DNA from: a virus
Lineage: Duplodnaviria > Caudoviricetes
Length of the DNA: 64,000 nt
Strand: one strand, 5' to 3'
IMG/VR virus record: IMGVR_UViG_3300028549_000365
Location: 96,001-160,000 of that record
Numbering within the stretch: position 1 is the stretch's first letter; every line of letters starts with the position of its first letter. Both the position numbers and the translations under genes were made by a program. Below the pieces are notes generated by a model. It saw only the letters and a list, made by a program, of their open reading frames with translations, was not told the DNA's origin and ran no database searches. This document shows, piece after piece, positions 1-9,158 of this stretch.

Positions 1-3
1 AAA

Positions 4-312
4 TTGATGTTGCTAGATAATCGAATAAAGGAACATAGTCTAAGACCTTGTATTATTAAAGATGTTTTACTAGAATACATGATAGCGAATACATTGACAA
101 ATGTATTAGGTTATAATGTAGTTACTAGATATATAGATCTGTCTACTATAGAACCTTATATTAAAAATAACTTACAATACAAAATATGGATAGACCGTTT
201 ATGGGGTTTACTTTCAGATTATGTTAAGTTAAACTTTAATCAAATGTATTATTTAAGAACTATTAATATTCACCATTCAACACATATCATTATAGAAAAG
301 GACGATGTATGA
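4..312 (+). CDS. hypothetical protein
   Basis: First of six tightly packed or overlapping co-directional ORFs ahead of the DNA polymerase gene; may be 5'-truncated by the window edge. Confidence 0.55.
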   Translation: MMLLDNRIKEHSLRPCIIKDVLLEYMIANTLTNVLGYNVVTRYIDLSTIEPYIKNNLQYKIWIDRLWGLLSDYVKLNFNQMYYLRTINIHHSTHIIIEKDDV

Positions 313-863
313 AACTAGATATAATATTAGACATAGAAGAACTATTAACTATTATGGAGAAAACAGTAGATAAATATATAACTATGCCAGACGGTGCTTG
401 TTTTATAAAGGGTTATAGAAACCCGTTGGAAAATAGATATAACCTGGATAAATACGAAAAAATGAAACAAGTTAGAAACAAACCATGGCATCCTTATATT
501 TCTGCTTATATAGTTAGAGATTGCTTTTACTTTCATTTATATACTAATAATAGTTATGCAGAATTACTAGATTATAATCCTGTAACAGGTAATAAGTCTA
601 GAGTGTATGATGTAAACACTAATTACGACATAGGTGATATAATACTTAAATACGTAGAAAATATATCTAAGGAAGATCTCGTTTTACTTATGGGGTATGT
701 TAATAAAGCTTTAGATATATTTAATAGTAAAGTTAAATATATGCTTGATAATGTATTCACTATAGATATCAGTAGCCAGCATTTTGTTATTCATAACTTA
801 GAACACATAAAAGCGTATCGTTTCCAAGAAGTATTGGATAATATGGAGAACAACCATGATTGA
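309..863 (+). CDS. hypothetical protein
   Basis: 184 aa; ATGA start/stop overlap with the previous ORF. Confidence 0.7.
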   Translation: MKLDIILDIEELLTIMEKTVDKYITMPDGACFIKGYRNPLENRYNLDKYEKMKQVRNKPWHPYISAYIVRDCFYFHLYTNNSYAELLDYNPVTGNKSRVYDVNTNYDIGDIILKYVENISKEDLVLLMGYVNKALDIFNSKVKYMLDNVFTIDISSQHFVIHNLEHIKAYRFQEVLDNMENNHD

Positions 864-1374
864 CAAAGAAACAGAAGTATTATTATATAATAGTGAATTA
901 GTAAGTGGTATCCCAAACTTTACCGTATGGGGTGTTATTAATTTAAACTTAACAGTATTATTACAAAATAAATTTCTTGCTACGCCTGAAGCTGTTAGTT
1001 GTTTTAATCAATTAGAAATACATATAATAGAAAGTAGAATGTTAAAGACAGTTTTATTAGGATTTGCCAGTAGGTTAAATATAAATGTTATAAAAGATAA
1101 TGCTATTTTTGAATTTAACACCATAATGTCTGATATACATTCTACTAACAATTTTGTTCTTGCTTATTTACCAGTAGATAGATACTTAATGGAAGTTGGA
1201 TATACTTTTAATGTTTTATTAAATACGTACTTAGATTACTATATACCTATCTCTAAATATACTCCAGGTACACACAATGTACAGAACGCAGGATGTTATG
1301 AAATTAAACACATAAATATAGACTATGCTTATAATCAAGCTGGTATCGTATTTAAGTTATATAAGGAAAAATAA
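856..1374 (+). CDS. hypothetical protein
   Basis: 172 aa; coupled to neighbours by overlaps. Confidence 0.7.
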   Translation: MIDKETEVLLYNSELVSGIPNFTVWGVINLNLTVLLQNKFLATPEAVSCFNQLEIHIIESRMLKTVLLGFASRLNINVIKDNAIFEFNTIMSDIHSTNNFVLAYLPVDRYLMEVGYTFNVLLNTYLDYYIPISKYTPGTHNVQNAGCYEIKHINIDYAYNQAGIVFKLYKEK

Positions 1375-1745
1375 TGAAACTAGTAGAAGTCGACCTTACT
1401 ATACTTAGAAGTCTTACTAATAATATTATTAGCACAGATCCCATTGAGCTAAAAATAATAGAGTTTTATAAATCTGATGTTGTGTTAGGTGAGCTATCTA
1501 CTATAGAGTTATTTGTTAACCATGTACTTAATCATATGTACAGAAGTAATAATAATCTTTATAAGTATAGCGAGCTTGAACACTTCTTTAATGTAAAAAG
1601 ATTTTTAACTACTTATAATAAATTTATAGTTACTCTGGAGTACATGTTGATAAAACATATTGGTATAAGATTTGAGAGTATATGTTTCTCAAGAATAGTT
1701 AATATAGAAAATAGACTTATAGTCGAATTCATAGTGGAGGAATGA
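1374..1745 (+). CDS. hypothetical protein
   Basis: 123 aa; TAATG overlap. Confidence 0.7.
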   Translation: MKLVEVDLTILRSLTNNIISTDPIELKIIEFYKSDVVLGELSTIELFVNHVLNHMYRSNNNLYKYSELEHFFNVKRFLTTYNKFIVTLEYMLIKHIGIRFESICFSRIVNIENRLIVEFIVEE

Positions 1746-1746
1746 A

Positions 1747-2253
1747 ATGGAAACAACTGGACCATTCCTGTTTGAGTTACAGGAAATAAACAACAAATTA
1801 TCTGGTAACGATGTTGTTAAGTTATATAATTTTGACTTAACTCACTTTATCAGACCTTGGATGGAGAGTGTAAGTTCTATGTACCCTGAACTTTCTAAAA
1901 GTGATGTTAAGAACATGCTGTTCTATAATATAGAAGCTACTATGTTAAACTATATATCTAACGCAGGTTACATAGACGAACACGCGTTCAGTATATTCGA
2001 AGAAGGTACTAGTAATATAATAGACTTTAGTTATTATAAAACCGAAATAAACTTATATGACATTGCGTTAACTAATGTTGGTATACCTTCTGCTATACAC
2101 AATATGTTTATATCGTACATAGCTAATGGTGATGAAACAGATAACTTTATAATAGGTGAGTGGTTATTCAGAGGAGAAAGTGTTAAAGTAACACTTATCG
2201 TTTATAAAGAAGATATAAATATGTTACTAGCTAGGTACGGTCAAGATGAATGA
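1747..2253 (+). CDS. hypothetical protein
   Basis: 168 aa; GGAGG Shine-Dalgarno (SD) upstream. Confidence 0.7.
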   Translation: METTGPFLFELQEINNKLSGNDVVKLYNFDLTHFIRPWMESVSSMYPELSKSDVKNMLFYNIEATMLNYISNAGYIDEHAFSIFEEGTSNIIDFSYYKTEINLYDIALTNVGIPSAIHNMFISYIANGDETDNFIIGEWLFRGESVKVTLIVYKEDINMLLARYGQDE

Positions 2254-2593
2254 GATAATAGTAATACCAATGCCTGAACCAATAGCTATATTCATGCGTA
2301 AGTACGGAATAGACTATACAAGTGACCAATACATATTCTTTGTAGATAAAACAATACAATTCTCTAAATGTTCTGTTTATAACATAACTGGTGATTGTTA
2401 TGATTTGTTAGAAGATGTTTATAAGATGTTTAGAGCTAGTAGAACAGAAGATGTAGCTGAAATAAAATTTATAGTAGAGCTTTTATCTAGTACAATAACA
2501 TCACATCTTTTGTTAGCTAATAAACTAAATTCTGCAATTTACCATAACGAAAGTACTAGAAATAGACTTGCACTTATAACATATACTATATAA
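2246..2593 (+). CDS. hypothetical protein
   Basis: 115 aa; followed by a terminator. Confidence 0.65.
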   Translation: MNEIIVIPMPEPIAIFMRKYGIDYTSDQYIFFVDKTIQFSKCSVYNITGDCYDLLEDVYKMFRASRTEDVAEIKFIVELLSSTITSHLLLANKLNSAIYHNESTRNRLALITYTI

Positions 2594-2622
2594 GGTTATC
2601 TAACGATAACCTTATTTTTTTT
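2591..2622 (+). terminator. intrinsic terminator
   Basis: TAAGGTTATC-TAAC-GATAACCTTA hairpin followed by a T-tract. Confidence 0.8.
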
Positions 2623-2654
2623 ATCTTGCGTTATTAGTGAAATAAGGAGTACAT

Positions 2655-4775
2655 ATGCCCAACAACATATTTAAACGAGACATGTCTGAGTATACAGTCA
2701 CTATGTTACCTACTAGTAATTATATACAACAGATAACTAAATATATATCTAATAGAACAGGTAAAAGTTTAGAAGAGTCTAGCAAGATAGCTTTAGAGAT
2801 AATAAATTCTTCTGATAAAAAAGACCCTGAAATAGAATATAGATTTAGAGACAATAATGGTGACAGAACTATGGTTACTAACACGTTAACTAACTACCTT
2901 AAGGAAGTAGTAGCTAACAAAGAGATAATAACACCTACGTTTACTGTTTTAGACCACCCTAGTGTTAAGAAAAGTATTCATGCTGAATTTCTAGATATTA
3001 ATATCAAGAAGCGTAAGTCTGATAAACATAATGCATTTATGTATAAACAAGCTGGAGATAAAGATAGGTTCCTACATTATAACACACTACAAAAAGTACG
3101 TAAGATATTTAATAATAGTTTGTCAGGAGCGTATGCTAGTAAGTCTACTATATTATACCACCCAGCGGCACATAGTATTTTAACTTCTATAACTAGATCA
3201 GTTGCGTCTATAGGTAATAGTGTATCAGAATCTGTTATCTCTGGTAACAAACATTTTAAAGATGCTGAAGTAACAATTAATTACTTAATAAGCATAATAA
3301 CTCATGTTAATATGGTTACAGTTGATTACGTTGTTAATAAATACAAACTATATTTACCTACAGCTGATGAAGTTATGAGCATGGTTTTATACAGTAGTAG
3401 AAACTATTGGAAAGATTTAGAAAAAGAAAAGATAATATATGCTACTATATGTAAAGCAACACCAGTAGAACGTGCAGCTATGTTATATACTAATGACTTA
3501 CATAATCTTAAAAAATACAATGAAGTGTTCGTTAAAGATATGTTAATGAGATTAAGTAGACGAGTTGAGACTGGTTCAGAAGATAACATAAAAGACCTAT
3601 ACGGAGCTCCAGAGGGTATAACTAATCTAGTACACCATATATGTATGGAAGATGTAAAAGGTTTAAGTATAGAGTATGATAAAATGGTCGGAACACCATT
3701 ACTTAATATACTAGCATCTACCGCTAAGAATATAGTAACTGAGTTACAATATTATAAAGCATTGTTTAGAGGGTTATTCACTACTGACATATTACCTGTG
3801 TCAATAGCTAACATGAAAGATATGTTAAGAGAAGCTATAGTTCTTTCAGATACTGATAGTACTTGTGGTAGTTATGATTCTTGGGTTGAGTGGTATTATG
3901 GACATACTAGATTCTCACAAGAAGCTGTCGCTATAGCCGCTACAGTTATGACTATTAACACACAAGTTATAGATCATAACATTAAAGTATTTGCTAAGAA
4001 TATGAACATAGAGAACCAACTAGTAGAGTTACTTAAAATGAAAAATGAGTTCTTTTGGAGTTCTTTTATAACAGCTAATGTTAGTAAACACTACTACGCT
4101 AATACATTAATACAAGAGGGTAATGTATTCTCGGAAGCTGAGTTGGAATTAAAAGGTGTACACTTTATATCTAGTGCTGGTAACCAAGAGGTTACTAAGA
4201 AAGCTGAAGAGATGATGAAAGAGATACACGCTAAGTTAACTAACTCTGAAACACTTGACCCGTATGAGTATTTAACACGTGTTGCGGATGTAGAGAGAGA
4301 TTTACTAAGTCTTATTAAAGAGGGTAATGTAAACATATTTAAAACTGAAAAGATAAAAAGCTTTGAAAGTTATAAATCAAATGTAAAAGAGAAATCTCCA
4401 TATTATAATCATATGTTGTGGGAAGATGTCTTTGCTGATAAATATGGGTCACCTGGCGAGCCAGAATACATGGTTCTTAAAATTCCAACTACTTTGGAAA
4501 GTAAAAGATTAACACTAGAATATATAGATACTATAGTAGACCCTGTTATAAAAGATAAGTTATTATCTGCTTTAAAACGTTTCGGTAAAGAAACTTTGGG
4601 TATCATACGAGTACCATTAGCTATCGCTGGTGGTAATGGGATACCTCCAGAGATAATTAACGCTGTTGACTCTAGACGTATGGTAACTGATAGTTTAAAT
4701 GTTATGTATTTAATATTAGAGTCTATCGGTATATTTAAAAAAGAAGATCTACTTATAAGTGAGATGGGGTATTAA
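2655..4775 (+). CDS. family B DNA polymerase, C-terminal subunit (motifs B and C; phiKZ gp50-like)
   Basis: KIFNNSLSGAY resembles PolB motif B and LSDTDS motif C; no exonuclease domain or motif A; AGGAG SD. Confidence 0.85.
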   Translation: MPNNIFKRDMSEYTVTMLPTSNYIQQITKYISNRTGKSLEESSKIALEIINSSDKKDPEIEYRFRDNNGDRTMVTNTLTNYLKEVVANKEIITPTFTVLDHPSVKKSIHAEFLDINIKKRKSDKHNAFMYKQAGDKDRFLHYNTLQKVRKIFNNSLSGAYASKSTILYHPAAHSILTSITRSVASIGNSVSESVISGNKHFKDAEVTINYLISIITHVNMVTVDYVVNKYKLYLPTADEVMSMVLYSSRNYWKDLEKEKIIYATICKATPVERAAMLYTNDLHNLKKYNEVFVKDMLMRLSRRVETGSEDNIKDLYGAPEGITNLVHHICMEDVKGLSIEYDKMVGTPLLNILASTAKNIVTELQYYKALFRGLFTTDILPVSIANMKDMLREAIVLSDTDSTCGSYDSWVEWYYGHTRFSQEAVAIAATVMTINTQVIDHNIKVFAKNMNIENQLVELLKMKNEFFWSSFITANVSKHYYANTLIQEGNVFSEAELELKGVHFISSAGNQEVTKKAEEMMKEIHAKLTNSETLDPYEYLTRVADVERDLLSLIKEGNVNIFKTEKIKSFESYKSNVKEKSPYYNHMLWEDVFADKYGSPGEPEYMVLKIPTTLESKRLTLEYIDTIVDPVIKDKLLSALKRFGKETLGIIRVPLAIAGGNGIPPEIINAVDSRRMVTDSLNVMYLILESIGIFKKEDLLISEMGY

Positions 4776-4809
4776 TTATCTGAAAATAAGGCATTAAGGA
4801 GTATAAGAA

Positions 4810-5682
4810 ATGAATGATGTAAGTAACTTTCATATTGTAAGCTTAGGTTACGTAGCTAAAGATATAGTGGAAGATGATCTATACATAGACGTCTATCCTG
4901 TCGAACTACATCCAGGTGTAGTTAGCGAAATATCAGAAGCTACTGAAGTTAAAGCTTCTAATAGTGACGTAGATAGTAAACAAGAAAATATTAAAGTTGT
5001 TAAATCAGCAATGGTTAAAGCTAAATGGTTACCTCTAGGGGACAATAATAGACTTGAACCACCTACAGTTTGTAAAGGTGAAACTGTATTATTATATAAG
5101 TTCGGTAACGCTGATAAGTATTTCTGGACTAATCCGTATAATGAACTTCATTTACGTAAAAGAGAAAAAAGAACTATGGTATATAGTAATAGAGGAACTA
5201 TAAGTGGTAAACTAGCTGATCTGAAAAACTGTTACTATTACACTATAGACACTATAAATAAGTATCTTAATTTACACACATCTAAAAATGATGGCGAATA
5301 TACTACGTATGATTTTGATATCGATACTAAAAAAGGTACATTCACTGTAATTGATGGTAAGGGTAATCATATTATATTAAATAGCGTCGAAGATAAAATA
5401 ACTATATTAACTAAAAAAGATATTTATACAAATACCACTAACACTACTAACGTAATAGGTAACAATAAAAAAGAAACTATAGGTAGTCATTACTCTATAG
5501 ATTTAAAAACATATAGTGTTTCAAATGGAGCTGATGAGCTTATGGCTTTGTTAGTAGAACTTATACAAGCTAACATAGATGTTATGCACGTAGGAAACTT
5601 AGGAATAAATACGGCTATATCGTCACCTAGTGAAGCTGTGTATAAAGATATTCAATCTAGGGTTAAGGCGTTTATAAAATGA
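4810..5682 (+). CDS. baseplate central spike / gpV-like virion protein (phiKZ gp164-like)
   Basis: OB-fold-like N-terminus (SLGYVAKD...AKWLPLGDNNRLEPPTVCKGETV) followed by beta-helix-like repeats. Confidence 0.65.
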   Translation: MNDVSNFHIVSLGYVAKDIVEDDLYIDVYPVELHPGVVSEISEATEVKASNSDVDSKQENIKVVKSAMVKAKWLPLGDNNRLEPPTVCKGETVLLYKFGNADKYFWTNPYNELHLRKREKRTMVYSNRGTISGKLADLKNCYYYTIDTINKYLNLHTSKNDGEYTTYDFDIDTKKGTFTVIDGKGNHIILNSVEDKITILTKKDIYTNTTNTTNVIGNNKKETIGSHYSIDLKTYSVSNGADELMALLVELIQANIDVMHVGNLGINTAISSPSEAVYKDIQSRVKAFIK

Positions 5683-6188
5683 GTCTAGATAGTAATAGAG
5701 AAGCTTTAACGCTTCTTAGTAAATATACTGGTTTAAAGAGTACAGGTGGTGACACTAACCCTCAGAATCATTTAGACTTTGTAGCTAGCGTTATAGACGC
5801 TGGCTTTCAAATGGCTGTTAAAACTTTATCTAATATAGATATCACACCACCAGCTGGAAGTTTAGTATTTCCTTTTGATAGTGTAATAAGAAACCCATAT
5901 ATGATAGGTGAGCAATGTTCTGAGTATTGGTGTAAAACTATAACTACAAGTGGAGCTCCTGATACGTTAGACGGTATAGTTTCTGTAACTAATGACGCTA
6001 GTAAGATAGCTATACCAATAGCTAATAACTTATTAGCGTTAACTGGTCGTAAAGGTACAGAGTCTAAACCATTATATTTTGAGTTTGTCGATGCTATCTA
6101 TAAAGAAGTTAGAACAATAAAATGGACAGTAACAGAGATTAAATACTCTGATGGTTCAACAACAGTACTTACCAACACAGTTACTTAA
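5679..6188 (+). CDS. hypothetical protein, possible spike-associated
   Basis: Translationally coupled to the spike gene. Confidence 0.5.
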   Translation: MSLDSNREALTLLSKYTGLKSTGGDTNPQNHLDFVASVIDAGFQMAVKTLSNIDITPPAGSLVFPFDSVIRNPYMIGEQCSEYWCKTITTSGAPDTLDGIVSVTNDASKIAIPIANNLLALTGRKGTESKPLYFEFVDAIYKEVRTIKWTVTEIKYSDGSTTVLTNTVT

Positions 6189-6228
6189 GTAACTGTGTTG
6201 TGTGATTAACTGACAATAAGGAGTTATT

Positions 6229-6843
6229 ATGATTATACCAATTTTGAATACCAAAGGGACATTTGTCTTAGAAGAACCGTTTAACACGTTAGTAAAGACA
6301 GCACAGATATTTACAGTTACTTCTATTAGGTCTATACAAGAATTAGAAGCTAGTAATGAAGAACCTTACTTAACTATATATCAAGCTGTTGGTTTAACGG
6401 AAGCAGATTATAAAGATGATATACTTAAGAATATACCTATCATAGTTTTTGCTACAGAAGGAGGAGAATACTTTTATGTTCCAGCTGATAGATTATTATC
6501 AGAACCTGTATCTAACGGCTACGCTTATAGACAAATGGGACTTAGTATAGATTTAGGATATATACCTATAGAAATGAATCTCGACTTAATACGAGATATA
6601 ATTATTGAAGATGTGTACAATATAACTAGTATAACCCCAAGAGTAGATGCGTACCCTATGTCTAGTATAACAAGTGTTAGTAAAACAAAAGATACTGAGT
6701 TTAAACTATTGGTAGCTAGTAAGAAAACTGTTGATAAATCTTATAAAACAAGATATTATGAATTAATGGCGCTTTATAATAAACAAAAAGTGTTATTAGG
6801 TAAAGTAGAAGAGTATGTAAAAACAAATAAATGTAAAGGATAA
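6229..6843 (+). CDS. conserved phiKZ-like hypothetical (virion) protein
   Basis: 204 aa; AGGAG SD; lies in a structural operon. Confidence 0.6.
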   Translation: MIIPILNTKGTFVLEEPFNTLVKTAQIFTVTSIRSIQELEASNEEPYLTIYQAVGLTEADYKDDILKNIPIIVFATEGGEYFYVPADRLLSEPVSNGYAYRQMGLSIDLGYIPIEMNLDLIRDIIIEDVYNITSITPRVDAYPMSSITSVSKTKDTEFKLLVASKKTVDKSYKTRYYELMALYNKQKVLLGKVEEYVKTNKCKG

Positions 6844-6846
6844 GAA

Positions 6847-9138
6847 ATGGCTATTGCAGAAGACCGTATGGCAGGAAGGAATATAGTTGAGCTAGTAGAA
6901 ACGCAGTTTATAAGTGACGTTGATGTTAGTAAAGATACTCCTTCTAATGCTATGTCAATTCCAGAGACACCTGAATCGTACGCAGATAAGATGGCTAAAG
7001 CTGCACAAAGTTTATTAGATCCAGAAACATATGGTATGTTAGCTAATGATTTATGTCCAACCACAGGAGTTCCTGATTTTACTAGAAAGGCTAGTTTAGT
7101 AATATCTAATGTGGACTTATCAGCGCCAGATCTATCTTCATTTAAAGTTGATAAACTATTTAACCCTATGCAATGTAATAAGTTTATGAATCAAATACTA
7201 GCTAGTATAAGTGTATTGGAATCACAATTACTATCAGTAACTGGTGCTGTGCTTACTAGAATCGAAAATTTAATAGGTGGTTACTTAAACACCATTATGA
7301 ATTACGTTGGTGGTGTAGCTCAAAGTATAAGTAACTTTGCTGGTATGGTTACTGAAGGTATAGCTAACGCGCAGCGTTCTATAAATGCTTTATCTAATGG
7401 AATTAAGAACATAATAACAAAACTTAAAGGTATTGGAGCTAGCTTAAGAAACAGATTGTCTATATTAGACTTAAAGGAATTCTGTGAATATAGCTCAGCT
7501 GCTGGATTAGGTTTTGGAGGTATTAAATTACTTAAAGATCTTTCTCTTAAAATAAGTCTTAAAATAAGCACTTGTTTAACAGCTGATGGATTAATGGGAT
7601 TTGTGACTAACTTATTATCTGCTGGTTTATTTACTAAATCAGAATTGATAGTAGGTATAATGGGTCTATTTAAATCTAAAAATGATACTAATACACATAG
7701 TAAACTAAAAGTATTAAATACATTGCTACTTAGTAGTGTAGGCGAAATGACTGATAAAGATATAATAACTACTTATGGTAAGACTGGATTGTTGTTATCT
7801 AGCTTATCTTCAGTAACAGCTGTTAGTAATTCACCAGTTTCTGAGTATAGAGAAGTTATACAGACTTTAAATTTATTAGACCCGACATGGAACATAAACC
7901 CTATAACTGGAGCTTTAGACTTATCTAACGTTAAAGGTAATAAATATATTTCAGCTTTAGCTGATAGTGTTATGCGTTCTACTAGTATGAATAACCTAGG
8001 TGATTCACAACTAGGCGACAATATAACATTCGGTCCAACTATTACTCCAACTAAAGATAGTCTAATATTATCTACTATACTTGCGTTAAATAACGATAAA
8101 TACACAAAGAAAGATCCTAGTATAGCTAAGCTAGAAGACATAGTTGATAAATCAAAGTATCTTGAACCTGTACAGAAAACAGTAGTTTCTAGTTATGCAA
8201 AGGAACTTATAAATAAACCTGTAGTGGCTAATAAACAGTTAACAGAAGAAGTACTTGTTAGAACACTATTACCTAATGGTGACATTCAGTTAGTTAGTAG
8301 TAGTGGTTACATTTCATTAATAAAAACTGACGGAACAGTAATAATAACTACTACTGATGGAACTATTATAACTAAAAATGTAGACGGTAGTATAGTTACA
8401 TTATATAATGATGGTAGAGTTGTTACTAAATATCCTGATGGTAGAGTTGTGACAATATCTGTAGACGGTACTATAACAGATAAACTAGCAGATGGTACTG
8501 TTATATTAACCACAATAGATGGTGTAAGTGTTAGATATAACACTGATGGTAGAGTTATAATTACATCACCTGACGGCACCACATCTGAATTACTACCAGG
8601 GATGTCTATTACGTTACCTGATGGTACTGTAATATCTAAAGACTTAAATGGTAACACTATAACTATTTATGCTGACGGTACTATAACAGAGATACTAGCT
8701 GACGGGACTATTATAACTCGTTATACTAACGGAATAGTAGTTACGATGTATCTCGACGGTAGAATAATAACTACAGAAGGTCAAAAAACAACAACAGAAT
8801 TTCCAGATGGGACTATTGTAATTAATGACAATGGTTGGGTTATAAAAATAGATATTAATGGAGTAATGACAGTACTCGGGTATGTTAAAGAACCTGAAGT
8901 ATCTTCTATTAATACTACTAAGGATAAACGACCTAATGAGATTATAGATGCATTACTAAGCACTGTTGATAATACAAAGATAGTGTTTAATAACGTCACT
9001 AGTGCTTTAACACCAGTTACTCTTACTGTGTCAAATCAAAATAAATTAGTTAATAACATGTTGTTGTCTAAACGTTCTAACAATAATGGATTAGACAAAG
9101 CTGAGTTATTATTAAGATTAACAGACTTCGTATGGTAG
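6847..9138 (+). CDS. putative virion protein with an internal DG(T/R)-hairpin repeat tract
   Basis: 763 aa; about residues 475-680 are >20 repeats of a ~9-aa x-D-G-[T/R/S]-V/I-I-T unit. Confidence 0.7.
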   Translation: MAIAEDRMAGRNIVELVETQFISDVDVSKDTPSNAMSIPETPESYADKMAKAAQSLLDPETYGMLANDLCPTTGVPDFTRKASLVISNVDLSAPDLSSFKVDKLFNPMQCNKFMNQILASISVLESQLLSVTGAVLTRIENLIGGYLNTIMNYVGGVAQSISNFAGMVTEGIANAQRSINALSNGIKNIITKLKGIGASLRNRLSILDLKEFCEYSSAAGLGFGGIKLLKDLSLKISLKISTCLTADGLMGFVTNLLSAGLFTKSELIVGIMGLFKSKNDTNTHSKLKVLNTLLLSSVGEMTDKDIITTYGKTGLLLSSLSSVTAVSNSPVSEYREVIQTLNLLDPTWNINPITGALDLSNVKGNKYISALADSVMRSTSMNNLGDSQLGDNITFGPTITPTKDSLILSTILALNNDKYTKKDPSIAKLEDIVDKSKYLEPVQKTVVSSYAKELINKPVVANKQLTEEVLVRTLLPNGDIQLVSSSGYISLIKTDGTVIITTTDGTIITKNVDGSIVTLYNDGRVVTKYPDGRVVTISVDGTITDKLADGTVILTTIDGVSVRYNTDGRVIITSPDGTTSELLPGMSITLPDGTVISKDLNGNTITIYADGTITEILADGTIITRYTNGIVVTMYLDGRIITTEGQKTTTEFPDGTIVINDNGWVIKIDINGVMTVLGYVKEPEVSSINTTKDKRPNEIIDALLSTVDNTKIVFNNVTSALTPVTLTVSNQNKLVNNMLLSKRSNNNGLDKAELLLRLTDFVW

Positions 9139-9158
9139 TACCGTTAGGTACTACCATA
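9131..9158. terminator. bidirectional terminator between convergent genes
   Basis: TATGGTAGTACC-GTTA-GGTACTACCATA inverted repeat at the two stop codons. Confidence 0.7.
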
